A stretch of DNA of 31,609 bases from Polyangiaceae bacterium. Its GTDB lineage: Bacteria; Myxococcota_A; Polyangia; Polyangiales; Polyangiaceae. The notes beneath the pieces are model-generated. The model made no database searches. It saw only the letters and a program-made list of their open reading frames with translations, and had not been told where the DNA came from. The stretch lies in assembly GCA_046596645.1 (NCBI GenBank), contig JBKJLX010000360.1, forward strand, positions 1 through 31,609, in the 5' to 3' direction. Made by a program: the position numbers and the translations under genes. Each line of letters opens with the position of its first letter. Position 1 is the stretch's first letter. Positions 1-10,316 of this stretch are shown one piece after another.

Positions 1-1685
1 GGTTGCGCGGGCCCCACGGGGCGGGCTCGCTCATCCTTGTCCTCGCCCGCCGCGAGGTCGAACGTCGCGCTGGCGTCCCGGTCGAAGGTCACCATGCGCC
101 GCTCGGTCTTGAAGCCCTTCGCCTCGACGACGATGCGGTGGGTCATTCCGTCGGCGGGGAAGCGGCCCTCGAAGGGGTTGGTGGGGACCGGCGTGTCGTC
201 GATGGTGATGCGCGCGTCAGCCGGCCGAGCCTCGACGCGGACCGACACCGTCTTCGCGGCGGCGAGCCTGGTGCCGCCGCCATCGTCCTCGGAGGCGGTC
301 GGCGGCGTCGGCGTGACGACCCCGCCCGGGGTGGCGGCTGCGCGCTCCGGTGACGCCTCGTCGTTGCCCCGCCGGACCGCGAAGAGCCCGATCGCGACGG
401 CGCCCACGACGGCGGCAGCGATCCACGCCCTGCGGCTCCTCGCCGCGCCTTCGCTCACCTCACCCCGATCGGGGCTGGTGCTGCGCGGAGCGATCCCCGA
501 CGGGGTGCCCCGGCTGGACTGCGTCGCGCTGTGCGGACCGGTGCTGTCCCCCTCGGCGGGAGCCACGCTGGTCGGCGTCCCCGACCGAGGCGCGCTGGTC
601 GAGCCGGTGCCGAGCACCTGGAGGCCGTCGGTGGAGGAGGTGACGTTCGATGGATCGTGGATGTCGACCAGTTCGGCGCCCGTGTGCGCGCGCGCCAGCT
701 GGCGCTCGACGATGACGCGGATCTGCTCGCGCTTGTCGGCGAAGAGACCCTGGACGAAGGACGCCACGTCGCGCGAGCTGCAGCGAGCGTGCTCGCGGAT
801 GAAGGCGTCGAGGTCCTCACGGAGCTCGGCGGCGGTCGGGTAGCGGTCGTCTCGGTCCCGCGAGAGCGCCCTCATGCAGATGCGCTCGACCTCCTCCGGG
901 ACCTCGGGGGCCACCGTGCGCGGGCTGGCCGGGGTCGTGCTGGCCAGCTTCTCCAGGACCTGCACGTCGGTGAGCCCCGCCCACAGACGCTGGCCGGTCA
1001 GGAGCTCCCACAGCACCGAGCCCAGGGAGAAGATGTCGGCGCGGCGGTCGACGTCCTCGCATCGCGCCTGCTCGGGCGCCATGTAGTGCAGCTTGCCCTT
1101 GAGGACCCCGGTCCGCGTCTCGTAGGAGCGCGTCGCCGCCTTGGCGATGCCGAAGTCGACCAGCTTCGTGATCCCCTCGTAGGTCACGAAGATGTTGTGC
1201 GGGGTGGCGTCACGGTGGACGACGTGGAGGGGCGAGCCGTCGAAGTCCTTCAGCTCGTGCGCGTGGTGCAGCCCCGCCAGCGCCTCGCTGATCATGTGCA
1301 GGTAGATCGGCATGGGCACCGGCGCCTTGCGCCGGTGCGACCGGCTGAGGATCCGGTTGAGCGGCTGGCCCTCCAGGTACTCCATGGCGATGAAGAACTC
1401 GCCGTCGACCTCGCCGACCTCGTTCGTCTGGACCACGTTGGGGTGGTTGAGGCGGGCCGCCAGGCGCGCCTCGTCCAGGAACATCGGCAAGAACTCAGGC
1501 TCTTCGGCCAGGCTGGCGCGAAGACGCTTGATGACCACGAGCTTGTTGAAGCCGACCAGCCCCCGGGCGACTGCCAGAAATACATCTGCCATACCGCCTT
1601 GCCCCAGGGAGGCGAGGAGCTGGTACTTGCCGAAGACGGCCGAGGGAGCTGCCGGGGGGCGCTCGGAACTGCGGGCTTCTCCCAT
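1..1685 (-). CDS. Ser/Thr protein kinase, Hanks-type. Partial: the N-terminal kinase domain is in the window and the C-terminus continues past position 1. The catalytic loop is atypical, HRDATPHN.
   Basis: The reverse-complement translation starts at the ATG complementary to 1685-1683: [39 protein letters not shown]...VVIKRL...[11 protein letters not shown]...DFGIAKA...YMAPEQ. The Gly-loop, VAIK lysine, DFG and APE motifs are all present. There is no stop in this frame down to position 1, which explains why the ORF is missing from the track. A GAGGGG RBS-like motif lies about 10 nt upstream. Confidence 0.85.
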   Translation of the reverse strand, partial: MGEARSSERPPAAPSAVFGKYQLLASLGQGGMADVFLAVARGLVGFNKLVVIKRLRASLAEEPEFLPMFLDEARLAARLNHPNVVQTNEVGEVDGEFFIAMEYLEGQPLNRILSRSHRRKAPVPMPIYLHMISEALAGLHHAHELKDFDGSPLHVVHRDATPHNIFVTYEGITKLVDFGIAKAATRSYETRTGVLKGKLHYMAPEQARCEDVDRRADIFSLGSVLWELLTGQRLWAGLTDVQVLEKLASTTPASPRTVAPEVPEEVERICMRALSRDRDDRYPTAAELREDLDAFIREHARCSSRDVASFVQGLFADKREQIRVIVERQLARAHTGAELVDIHDPSNVTSSTDGLQVLGTGSTSAPRSGTPTSVAPAEGDSTGPHSATQSSRGTPSGIAPRSTSPDRGEVSEGAARSRRAWIAAAVVGAVAIGLFAVRRGNDEASPERAAATPGGVVTPTPPTASEDDGGGTRLAAAKTVSVRVEARPADARITIDDTPVPTNPFEGRFPADGMTHRIVVEAKGFKTERRMVTFDRDASATFDLAAGEDKDERARPVGPAQ

Positions 1686-1707
1686 GGCAGGCCCCTCGAT
1701 CCTAGTC

Positions 1708-4700
1708 CTACTTGGTCTCGAAGAGCATCGGCTGGCGGCCGTTCAGGAACTGCACCACCAGCGGCGCCGCCTGCGCGGGGAGGATCTCGAAGCGAGCGCC
1801 GAAGCCGGGCTGGACCCAGGGTGGGCCCTGCTCGCCCTGGGGGCGCGTCCACTCCACCACCGCCGTGGCCTCGAAGTCGACGCCGCCGGGGAGCGTGACC
1901 CTGAGCGCGACCTTGGTGCCGAGGTCGGGCGCGCGGCGGTAGGTCGCGATGAAGATTCCACCCTCACGCACCACGTCTGCCCCCTGCTTCCAGCGGTAGA
2001 AATTGCTGGCGCTCACCTGGTCGATCACGGCGTCGAAACGCGGCATGCCGTCGGTGCGGCTCCCGCTCCCAGCCCCGCTCCCTTGCTGTACGCGCGACCC
2101 CAGGTCGCGGATCAGCTTCGACAGCTCGTCGAGCCGCGCCTCGACCCGATAGACGGCCGACCCCACCTCCGCGATCGCGGCGCCCTGCTTGCCCTTCGAC
2201 CGGCTGAGCGCCTGCTGCGCACGGGCGACCGCATCGCTCTCCGCCGCCGACATCCCCGGCCGCTGGACGGGCAGGGGAACGCCGCCGTCGTCGTCGCCGG
2301 CGACCACCACCTGTTGATGGATGACCGAGGGACCGGCGGGGCCGTGGCCCGCCTGCATCGCGGCAGCTTGCCCCATCTGGCTCATCTGCGCGCCCGCGGC
2401 GGCGACCCGGGCGGCGACGTCGCGCGTCTGCGCAGCGGCCTGCTGGATCTGCGCGGCGTGCTGCGCCTGCTGCGCGCCGAGCTGCTGGAGGCGCGCCAGC
2501 TGCTGACCCTGCTCGCGCGCTGCGTTCTGCGTCGCCGTGACCACCTCGCGCGCCTGGGCGGCCGCGGTCTGGACCTCCTTCAGCGCGGCGGTCTGCTGGG
2601 TGTGCACCTCGCCGATGCGCGCGATCTGCGCCTGCACCTGCTGGCCGGCGTCGGCGACGGCGCGCGCCAGCGCCTCGGCCTGCACCTGCTGGCCGGCGGC
2701 CTTCTCGGCGCCGGTGTCGCGGACGCTCTCCGCCAGCGCCTGCACCACTGGTGCGAGCGAGCTCTCCACCGTCGCCAGCTGCTGCGCCAGGAGCTCGGCC
2801 ACCGCCGGGTCCTGCTCGACGCGGATCAGCGTCTCCTTCGAGGCGATGGTCTTCTCCAGCTTCTGCAGCGCGGCCGCGATCGCCTGCGCGCGCTGGGCGG
2901 CGGTGTCGCCGCTCGACTTCGCCGCGTCGAGCAAGCCGCGGCGGATTCCCTCCAGCTGCTCGCCCAGGCCGGCCAGGGTGCCAGTGAGGCGCGACACCGG
3001 ATCGTCCTGCTTGCCGCCCATCATCTTGACGCGGACGTAGCCCTTCTTGATCTCCTCCCAGCGCTCGGACTTCTCCGGCGTCATGCGCCCGCGCATCTCG
3101 TACAGCTTCAGGAGGTTGTTCTCGGCGCCGGAGGTGAGCGTCTGCGACTCGCCCGCGTAGTGATCGTCGACGAGCGCCTCGACCTCCACCGGGGTGTGCG
3201 CCGACACCACCTTCTCGGTGATCTTGTTCATGTTGCGGTAGCTGCCCTGCAACTTGAACGGGGGCTCGGTGCGGTAGTTGTCGTCCTGCGACGCCGAGGC
3301 GATGTACTGCATGTTCACCTTCAGCAGCGTCTCCTGCACGCGGAACATGTGCTGGAGGACGGCGACGATCTCCTGCACCTCGGCGGCGGAGTAGCCGTAG
3401 GACAGCTCGCTCGCCGGCACCGGCTCGCCGCGCGCCATGCGGATGAGCTTGTGCAGGTCCGCCGGGTCGCGCCCGGAGAGCGGCGCCAGGACGCGGTTCG
3501 AGGTGAGCGCGTTCTCCACGTACGACAGCGCGAAGAGGTCGCCCTTGCCGTCGAGGATGTCGCCGAGGTTGTAGGTGTCGGCGCGGTTCGCGAGCATGTC
3601 CGGGATGCGGAACTTCTCGCCGGTCTCGGTGTACGGGTTGCCGGCCATGACCACGGCGAACTTCTTGCCGCGCATGTCGTAGGTGCGCGTCACCCCGCGC
3701 CACACGCCCTCGATCTTCCGCTGCGCGTCGCAGAGGCTGATGAACTTCTGCAAGAGCTCCGAGTGCGTGTGCTGGATGTCGTCGAGGTAGAGCATCACGT
3801 TGTTGCCCATCTCGAGCGCGAGGTTGATCTTCTCGACCTCCTGCCGGGCGGTGGCGTTGGGCGCCTCCGCCGGGTCCAGCGACTTCACCTCGTGGCCCAG
3901 CGCCGGGCCGTTGATCTTCATGAAGACCAGGCCCAGGCGGTTGGCGACGTACTCCATGAGCGTCGTCTTGCCGTAGCCGGGCGGGCTGATCAGGAGGAGC
4001 AGGCCCATCAGATCGGTGCGCTTGGTCGCGCCCGCCGCCCCCATCTGTTTGGCGAGGTTGTCGCCGACCAGGTGCAGGTACACCTCGTCGATGAGCCGGT
4101 TGCGGACGAAGCTCGACATGATGCGCGGCTTGAACTCTTCGAGCCGGAGGCGCTTCTTGTGCTCGTCCAGCACGTCCTGCCGGAGCTTGCGGAAGGCGCG
4201 GAAGCGCGGGACGTGACCGTGCACCCAGCGGTCGAGCCTCGCCAGCATCTCGTCGAGGCGCAGGTGGAGCGCCTGCTGCTTGATGCGCGGGTGCTGACCG
4301 AGGAGGCCGCTCACCGTGGCCTCCACGTTGGCGGTCGACACGTCACGGTCGACCTTGCGATCGGTCGCCACCAGGGCCGACGCCTCCAGCACCGCGTGCT
4401 GGTGGCCGGCGAGGTCGCCCTTGGTGGTGCAGAGCGCCTCGATCCACGAGCGCACCAGGGCCAGGCGCGCGCCGGGAAGCTTCTCCAGCGTCCGCAGGTC
4501 CTCGTCGAAGTCGCGGCGTGACCCGGCGCGGTCGAGCTCGGAGAGCAGCGCCGCCTGCAGCGTCGACGCAGAGCCGCTCACCACGAAGCGAGGGCGCTCG
4601 GTGCCCAGCTCGACCACCAGGTAAAGCGAGGCGATGCGCACGTCGCCGTCGGGGATGCTCAGGCCCAGCTGCTGCGCGGTGGCAGTCAGGGCGGGGACGA

Positions 4701-7700
4701 GCTCGGCGGCGATCTCGTTCTGCGCGGTGACGACGCCCAGCGTCGCACGGAGGCGGGCGGCGCTGCGGCAGCGGCGGTGGAGGGGGATGCGATCGGGCTC
4801 GGCCAGCTGCGACCACAGGAGCCCGCCCAGGGCGCGCGGGTCGGGCGCAAAGCGGAGGAGGCCTGCGGCGCGCTGCATCCCCACCAGCTTCTCCAGGATG
4901 AGCACGGCGTCGTGGTCGTGCACGCCGCGCTCGTAGCCCTCGTCGTGACGATCCTGGGAGAAGGCGCGCACCACCTCCAAGAGACCGCCGTCTCGGGTGT
5001 GCGCCTCGATGAGCTTCTCCAGCGTGAGGCCGCTGGCGCCGGCCTCCGCCGCGAACAGGATCACCGCCGCCAGGTACTCGCCGCGGTAGACGTTGGGCCC
5101 CTCGGAGGCGAGCGCCTGGTCCCACAGGTCCCGCGCCTCCTCCAGGCGCGGCTCGTTCAGCGGCTCGTAGAAATCGGTGCCGGTGAGGTGGAGGAACAGC
5201 ACCTCCTTGTTCGTATTATCGTCTCGCCTGGGCACCAGCGTCAGCTCGACCGCCTGGGTCGAGACGTTGAAGCGGTGCTTGCCGAGCTTGATGACGTTGT
5301 CGCCATCCTCGAAGAGCTCGGTCTTGTCGCGCAGGGTGCGCAGCGACTCCTGCCGCGCCGCCTTGAGCTTGCTCTCCAGCTCGTCGGCCTTGACCGACTC
5401 GCCCATGTCCATGAGCTGCTTCGCGAGGTCGCGAAGCTTGAGCACCATGGAGTCCGACGCGAAGTAGCTCGCCAGGTCGTCGGCGGTCTTGAGGGTGTGC
5501 GCCTTGCGCACGATGCCCTGGATGACGCGCTCCGCCGCCGACAGGATGTTCTGCGCGCGACGCTGGCGCTCGTCGAGCAGCTGCTGCCGCTTGCCGGCAA
5601 AGGCGTCGGCGACCTCCTCCCGCTTCTGGGTCAGGTCGCCGAGGAACTCGTCGAACTCGCCGAACTTCCCCTCCAGCTCCTCCAGCTGGAGCAGCAGCCT
5701 CGACAGCTGCTCGTCGCACTTCTCCGGCGTGTCGCAGACGGAGATGGCGCTCACCACCGACTGGCCGAACAGCTTGAACTGGGCGAGGAACTCCTGGCGC
5801 CCCTCGGCGGAGGAGAGCTCCTTCTTCCGCACCTGGAGGACGGCGCGGGCGCGGTTCAGCTGGGAGTACGCCTCGCTGATGCCCTCGAGGATGCGCGTCC
5901 TCTGCGTGGGGTCCTCGATGGAGAGGCCGCCGATGACGTCGGAGAGGACGCCCAGGCCCTCGTTCACCTTGTCGACGTCCTCCGCGATCGGCTTGAGCTC
6001 GGTGGCCTTGGCCACGGCGCCCACCCGGGTCGGCACGTCGGCGAGGCGACCGACCAGGGGCTTCAGCGACTCGGGGTGGAGGAGGAACTCGACCGCGGCC
6101 TTCGACACCTTGTCGAAGCTCTCGACGATGTGCTTCTCCAGCTCGTCGATGCGCGCGGTGTTCATGTACCGCATCTCGCGCAGCGTGATGAGGTGACCGC
6201 GCTGCTTGCGGAGCGCCGAGAGCGTCCCCATGAAGTCGTCGACGGTCCTGTGATCCTCCGGCCGGAGGCCGGAGACCAGGCGGTCCTGCGCGGCCTCCGA
6301 CTCGGCGAGGGACTCCGCCGCGCGCTTCTTGACCGCGGCGACCTTCTCGAACTCGTCGATGACGAGCGCGGCGGTCTCGCGCACCTTCTGGATGACGGAG
6401 AGGAGATCGCCCGCCTCGGCGTGGCCCAGCCAGTAGTACGCGTCGACCATGCGACGCGCGCTCTGCACGGCGTCCTCGTAGGTCTGGCGGGTGGGGTTCT
6501 CCACGCTCGCCACCTTCACGATGGTGAAGGCCTCGCTGATGCCGCGCACCAGCTCGGCGTTGCCGACCTTGGAGAGGTAACTGCCGTCGGTCGGCGCCTT
6601 GGCCGCGTGCTCCTGCGTCACGAACGGCGTCTGCCAGATCTGCACCGGGTGCACGGTGGTCGGCTCGTCGTTCAGCACCTTGAAGAGGACGATCTTCCCG
6701 TCGTCGAAGAGGCTGTAGCCGTGGCAGGGGAGGGGGTTCTGCACCTCCTTGCGGATGAGGTTGTAGGGGAGGAGGAGGTAGTGACCGTCGACCTCGCGGT
6801 AGTAGACGTAGAGGATGTCCTCGCCGTTGGGCGACTTGACCACGCGATCGAAGACCGAGTCCTTCGAGATCTCGGCGTCGAAGACCTTGAAGTCGCCGGT
6901 GCGCAGGTAGTAGCCGCCGGGAAAGATGATCCCCTGGTCTTCCGGCAGCTGCAGGCACGACAGGCCGATGGCGTCGATGCGCACCACGGTCTTGGTGCGC
7001 GTGTTGAAGACCAGGTGGCGGTACGTCTCCTCCCGGTACGGCTTGATGCGCAGGAGGATCAGCGAGCCGAGCCGCGCGTAGAACACCTCGGCGTCGTCGA
7101 GGCTCTGGTTCTTGTCCTCGACCGGCTCGCGCCACACGCCCCGCCCGTCGCGGGTGTTGTTCTCGATCTTGACGGTGAGATCGCCGCCGACGGTGTCGAC
7201 GAAGACCTCGTCCTCGATCGCGTAGTGCGGGTGGTCCCCGGAGATCTGATCCTCCCGGGTGACCGCGGTCCACTCGAAGTCGAACTGGCGCGCGAGGCGG
7301 TTGTCGTCCTCGCCTCGGGCGTCGATGAACTTGATCGCCCCGCCCTTGTCGATGCCCCAGCGGAAGACCTTCTGATCGGAGAGCTTCTCTCCCGCCTGGA
7401 AGACGGCGATGACGCGGGTGTCGGTGGTCCGCACCTGGAGGAGCCGCGTGCCCTTGGTGTAGCGATAGAGGTCGGTGAACTCCTTGAGGAACGCCGCGTC
7501 GGTCAGGAAGTGACCCGGCGGGATGGGCAGCTCACCCAGGTCGAAAGCACCGGGCGCCGTCTCGACGAACTGGTGCACCGCGAAGACGTCGGCGACGACG
7601 GTCTCGGTCTTCAGACCGATGAGGACGTTGTAGCCGAAGACCATCTGGCCCCCGACCTGGCGGATGTCGCGCGGGACGCAGCTGTGGTCGGTGCGGATGC

Positions 7701-7911
7701 GCTCGGTCGCGACCAGAGCGAGCGCGGAGCCGCCGAAGGTCTTGGTCCGCTGCGCGTTGAGCGCCTCGGTCTTCTTCGCCAGCCCCGCGCAGTGATCGAG
7801 CAGGCGCTGGCGGATGACGTCGTAGCTACCGCCCTCCAGCGCGCTCGCGCTCTCGCTCTCCCCCGCGGCCGCCCCGCTCGGAGCGGCGGTCTTCACCCCG
7901 TCGTCGGCCAT
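1708..7911 (-). CDS. Giant (2067 aa) multidomain protein. It has an N-terminal beta-rich region of about 520 aa, long coiled coils, and an AAA+ ATPase core that looks like the MoxR/AAA_5 dynein-related subfamily. The Walker A Lys is at about residue 1315 (nt ~3967-3969), Walker B is LYLDDIQ, and the sensor region is AVVMAGNPYTE. A Q/A-rich low-complexity coiled coil follows (aa ~1700-1830), then a C-terminal ~110-aa beta domain that may be PilZ-like.
   Basis: This is the ORF-track entry 1708..7911 (-). The start ATG is preceded by GGGGGCGGAG. Motifs read directly from the translation: LLLLISPPGYGKTTLMEYVANRL and MLYLDDIQHT...AVVMAGNPYTETGEKFRIPDMLANRADTY. The C-terminus reads ...ATYRRAPDLGTKVALRVTLPGG...GFGARFEIL. 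The gene is tightly linked to the upstream flotillin (36 nt) and the downstream kinase (22 nt). Confidence 0.85.
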   Translation of the reverse strand: MADDGVKTAAPSGAAAGESESASALEGGSYDVIRQRLLDHCAGLAKKTEALNAQRTKTFGGSALALVATERIRTDHSCVPRDIRQVGGQMVFGYNVLIGLKTETVVADVFAVHQFVETAPGAFDLGELPIPPGHFLTDAAFLKEFTDLYRYTKGTRLLQVRTTDTRVIAVFQAGEKLSDQKVFRWGIDKGGAIKFIDARGEDDNRLARQFDFEWTAVTREDQISGDHPHYAIEDEVFVDTVGGDLTVKIENNTRDGRGVWREPVEDKNQSLDDAEVFYARLGSLILLRIKPYREETYRHLVFNTRTKTVVRIDAIGLSCLQLPEDQGIIFPGGYYLRTGDFKVFDAEISKDSVFDRVVKSPNGEDILYVYYREVDGHYLLLPYNLIRKEVQNPLPCHGYSLFDDGKIVLFKVLNDEPTTVHPVQIWQTPFVTQEHAAKAPTDGSYLSKVGNAELVRGISEAFTIVKVASVENPTRQTYEDAVQSARRMVDAYYWLGHAEAGDLLSVIQKVRETAALVIDEFEKVAAVKKRAAESLAESEAAQDRLVSGLRPEDHRTVDDFMGTLSALRKQRGHLITLREMRYMNTARIDELEKHIVESFDKVSKAAVEFLLHPESLKPLVGRLADVPTRVGAVAKATELKPIAEDVDKVNEGLGVLSDVIGGLSIEDPTQRTRILEGISEAYSQLNRARAVLQVRKKELSSAEGRQEFLAQFKLFGQSVVSAISVCDTPEKCDEQLSRLLLQLEELEGKFGEFDEFLGDLTQKREEVADAFAGKRQQLLDERQRRAQNILSAAERVIQGIVRKAHTLKTADDLASYFASDSMVLKLRDLAKQLMDMGESVKADELESKLKAARQESLRTLRDKTELFEDGDNVIKLGKHRFNVSTQAVELTLVPRRDDNTNKEVLFLHLTGTDFYEPLNEPRLEEARDLWDQALASEGPNVYRGEYLAAVILFAAEAGASGLTLEKLIEAHTRDGGLLEVVRAFSQDRHDEGYERGVHDHDAVLILEKLVGMQRAAGLLRFAPDPRALGGLLWSQLAEPDRIPLHRRCRSAARLRATLGVVTAQNEIAAELVPALTATAQQLGLSIPDGDVRIASLYLVVELGTERPRFVVSGSASTLQAALLSELDRAGSRRDFDEDLRTLEKLPGARLALVRSWIEALCTTKGDLAGHQHAVLEASALVATDRKVDRDVSTANVEATVSGLLGQHPRIKQQALHLRLDEMLARLDRWVHGHVPRFRAFRKLRQDVLDEHKKRLRLEEFKPRIMSSFVRNRLIDEVYLHLVGDNLAKQMGAAGATKRTDLMGLLLLISPPGYGKTTLMEYVANRLGLVFMKINGPALGHEVKSLDPAEAPNATARQEVEKINLALEMGNNVMLYLDDIQHTHSELLQKFISLCDAQRKIEGVWRGVTRTYDMRGKKFAVVMAGNPYTETGEKFRIPDMLANRADTYNLGDILDGKGDLFALSYVENALTSNRVLAPLSGRDPADLHKLIRMARGEPVPASELSYGYSAAEVQEIVAVLQHMFRVQETLLKVNMQYIASASQDDNYRTEPPFKLQGSYRNMNKITEKVVSAHTPVEVEALVDDHYAGESQTLTSGAENNLLKLYEMRGRMTPEKSERWEEIKKGYVRVKMMGGKQDDPVSRLTGTLAGLGEQLEGIRRGLLDAAKSSGDTAAQRAQAIAAALQKLEKTIASKETLIRVEQDPAVAELLAQQLATVESSLAPVVQALAESVRDTGAEKAAGQQVQAEALARAVADAGQQVQAQIARIGEVHTQQTAALKEVQTAAAQAREVVTATQNAAREQGQQLARLQQLGAQQAQHAAQIQQAAAQTRDVAARVAAAGAQMSQMGQAAAMQAGHGPAGPSVIHQQVVVAGDDDGGVPLPVQRPGMSAAESDAVARAQQALSRSKGKQGAAIAEVGSAVYRVEARLDELSKLIRDLGSRVQQGSGAGSGSRTDGMPRFDAVIDQVSASNFYRWKQGADVVREGGIFIATYRRAPDLGTKVALRVTLPGGVDFEATAVVEWTRPQGEQGPPWVQPGFGARFEILPAQAAPLVVQFLNGRQPMLFETK

Positions 7912-7947
7912 GACTCCGCCCCCGCTCTGGATGGCATCGCGCCCCGC

Positions 7948-10143
7948 TCAGGTCAGGCTGTCGATGCCGAGGTCACGTGCCTCGGCGGCGAGCGACTGCA
8001 GCTTCTTGCGGGTCGCCTCGTCGCGGCCCGCCATCATCGAGGCGAGCAGCGACGTGATGCTGAGCTGCGAGCCGGTGCCCACCGCAGGGCCCTCCAGGAT
8101 GTCCTTCAGGTCCTTCGGCATGTTGCGGGCGCCGGACATGTAGTCGCCGAGCACGTGCTTCAGCACGTCGCTCTGGTCGATGGCGCCGTCGACGCCCTGG
8201 CCCACCGAGAGCGCGCGCATGAACTTGTCGAAGAACTGACCGTCGCCGCCGACGATCTGGATCTTCGCGTGGTCGAGCGCGTGGGAGAGGATGGTCGCCT
8301 GCTGGGCGGCGACCTTCTCCCGGACGTCGAGGGCGTGCATCGCGATGTCGCGCTGCGCGTCCAGGCGGATGCGGAACTCCTCGTGCCCGCGGCTCTCGGA
8401 GTCGAGCTGCTTCATCGCCGCCATCTTGGCGCTGATGCCGTCGGCCTCGGCGGTCAGGCGCAGGCGCGTCGCGCTGGCCTCGGCGGCGCCGGTCTTCTCG
8501 ATCGCGCCTGCCGTCGCCTCCTGGACGCGTGCGGCGGCGTGGCCCTTGGCCTCGGCGCCGGTCGCCTCGGCGTTCAGCATCTCCCGCACGACCAGTGCGT
8601 CGGCGATGCCCTTCTTCTCGATGGCGGCGGCCTCAGCCTCCTGCACGCGGACCCTGGCCAGGCCCTGCTTCTCCTCGCCCTGGGCGGCGGCCTGCATCTT
8701 CTCGATGAGGACGCGCGCCTCGACCAGGCCGAGCTTCTCGATGGCGGCGGCGTCCGCCTCCTTCACCTTCACCTCGGCGAGGCCGGCGGCCGCCGTCTCC
8801 GCCTGGATGCCCTCGGCGAGGCGGATCTTGGCGCGCGCGGCCTTGTCGCTCGACTCCAGGTCGGCCTCGGCCATGAGCACCTTCTTGCGCGCTTCGATCT
8901 GGGCCACCTGCTCGCTGGCCTCGGCGGCCTTGACCTGCTTGACCAGGTGGTCGGCGGCGGAGGCCTCGGCAGCGATGGTGATGATCTGCTTCTCGCGGTT
9001 CGACTGGGAGAGGGTGCGCAGATCCTTGATGCGCTCCTCCTCCTCCGCCACCGTCTTGTCGACGGCGATGCGCCCGCGGATGACGTCGGCGATCTCCTTC
9101 TTCTTGATCTCGACGTCCTTCTGCTTGGCGATGGTCTGCAGCTCGAACTCGCGCTCGCGCCCGACCTGCTCGATCATGCGCGCCTTCTCGGTGCGCTCCT
9201 TCTCGACGGCGACCTCGCGCTCCTTGTTCTGGCGCGCGACCAGGGTGGCGCGCTCCTTTCCCTCGGTCGCGACCAGGACCTCCTCCTCGTTCTTCTGGCG
9301 GATGAGCATGGTCTGCTTGTGCTCGGCCTCGGCGATGCGGCGGGCCTCGTTCTCGTGGCGGGCCTGGGCGACCGCGATCTCGGCGTTCTTCTTGGCGTCG
9401 GCCTCGGCGCGCGCCTTGTCGAACCTGAAGATCGCCTCGTCGGAGGCGAGGTTCTGCGACCCCATCTCCATGCGCTCCTTCTGGCGCAGGTCGTTGGTCT
9501 TCACGTTCTGGATCACCGTCAGCTCGGTGATCTTGCGGATGCCCTCGGCATCCATGATGTTGTCCTTGTCCAGCGTCTCGATCGGCGTCTGCTCGAGGTA
9601 GTCGATCGCGCAGTCGTCGAGCACGAACCCGTTCAGGTCGGTGCCGATGACGCGGATGATCTCGTCCTTGAAGCCCTGGCGCTCGGCGTAGAGGCTCTCG
9701 AAGTTCATCATCTTACCGACGGTCTTCAGGGCCTCGGAGAACTTCGCGACGAAGAGCTCCTGGATGACCTGCGGGCTCGAGGCGCGCGCGCAGCCGATGG
9801 CCTGCGCGACCCGCAGCACGTCGTTCGCGGTCTTGTTCACTCGCACGAAGAACGTGACCTTGATGTCCGCGCGGATGTTGTCCTTGCAGATCAGGCCGTC
9901 CTTGCCATCGCGCGCGAGCTCGATGGTCTTGACGGAGATGTCCATCGTCTCGGCGCGGTGGATGATCGGGTAGACCGTCTTGCCCGTGAACGTGACGAGC
10001 GGCTCGTCCTGCATCGTGTTCACGATGAGCGCGGTGCCCTGGTCCACCTGGCGGTAGAACTTGGCGACCATCACCAGCAGACCGAAAATGATGACTGCCA
10101 GGGCGCCGATGCCCAGCAGCAGGAGAATGATCTCGTCCGACAT
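7948..10143 (-). CDS. Flotillin-like SPFH/Band-7 protein (YqiK/FloT-like). It has an N-terminal TM helix, an SPFH domain and a long Glu/Ala-rich coiled-coil region with EA repeats.
   Basis: This is the track ORF 7948..10242 (-). The start was moved to the internal ATG (complement of 10143-10141, MSDEIILLLLGIGALAVII...), which is preceded by GAGGTGAGAGAAGCC. The SPFH region reads ...YPIIHRAETMDISVKT...VLRVAQAIG.... The C-terminal coiled coil carries ...AEVKVKEADAAAIEKLG...VQEAEAAAIEKKG..., the typical flotillin EA repeats. Confidence 0.9.
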   Translation of the reverse strand: MSDEIILLLLGIGALAVIIFGLLVMVAKFYRQVDQGTALIVNTMQDEPLVTFTGKTVYPIIHRAETMDISVKTIELARDGKDGLICKDNIRADIKVTFFVRVNKTANDVLRVAQAIGCARASSPQVIQELFVAKFSEALKTVGKMMNFESLYAERQGFKDEIIRVIGTDLNGFVLDDCAIDYLEQTPIETLDKDNIMDAEGIRKITELTVIQNVKTNDLRQKERMEMGSQNLASDEAIFRFDKARAEADAKKNAEIAVAQARHENEARRIAEAEHKQTMLIRQKNEEEVLVATEGKERATLVARQNKEREVAVEKERTEKARMIEQVGREREFELQTIAKQKDVEIKKKEIADVIRGRIAVDKTVAEEEERIKDLRTLSQSNREKQIITIAAEASAADHLVKQVKAAEASEQVAQIEARKKVLMAEADLESSDKAARAKIRLAEGIQAETAAAGLAEVKVKEADAAAIEKLGLVEARVLIEKMQAAAQGEEKQGLARVRVQEAEAAAIEKKGIADALVVREMLNAEATGAEAKGHAAARVQEATAGAIEKTGAAEASATRLRLTAEADGISAKMAAMKQLDSESRGHEEFRIRLDAQRDIAMHALDVREKVAAQQATILSHALDHAKIQIVGGDGQFFDKFMRALSVGQGVDGAIDQSDVLKHVLGDYMSGARNMPKDLKDILEGPAVGTGSQLSITSLLASMMAGRDEATRKKLQSLAAEARDLGIDSLT

Positions 10144-10316
10144 GGCTTCTCTCACCTCGAAGGGCCGCAAACTGCGGACCGTCCCGCGACGCCGACCCGG
10201 AAATTCCCCGGCGGCGCCCCCCGCGGGCTGGCCAGGGTACACGAGGTGCTCGGCCCGTCCTCAAGGCTTTCCCACGGCTCTGCGACGGCACCTCGCAGGC
10301 CCTCGCGCCGCGCTCT

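Noticed and set aside
1312-4521. 1069-aa plus-strand ORF, together with the 1964..3703 (-) and 5216..7273 (-) ORFs.
   Set aside because: These are alternative or antisense frames of the kinase and giant-ATPase genes. Their translations are Arg/Ala/Gly/Pro-rich with no motifs.
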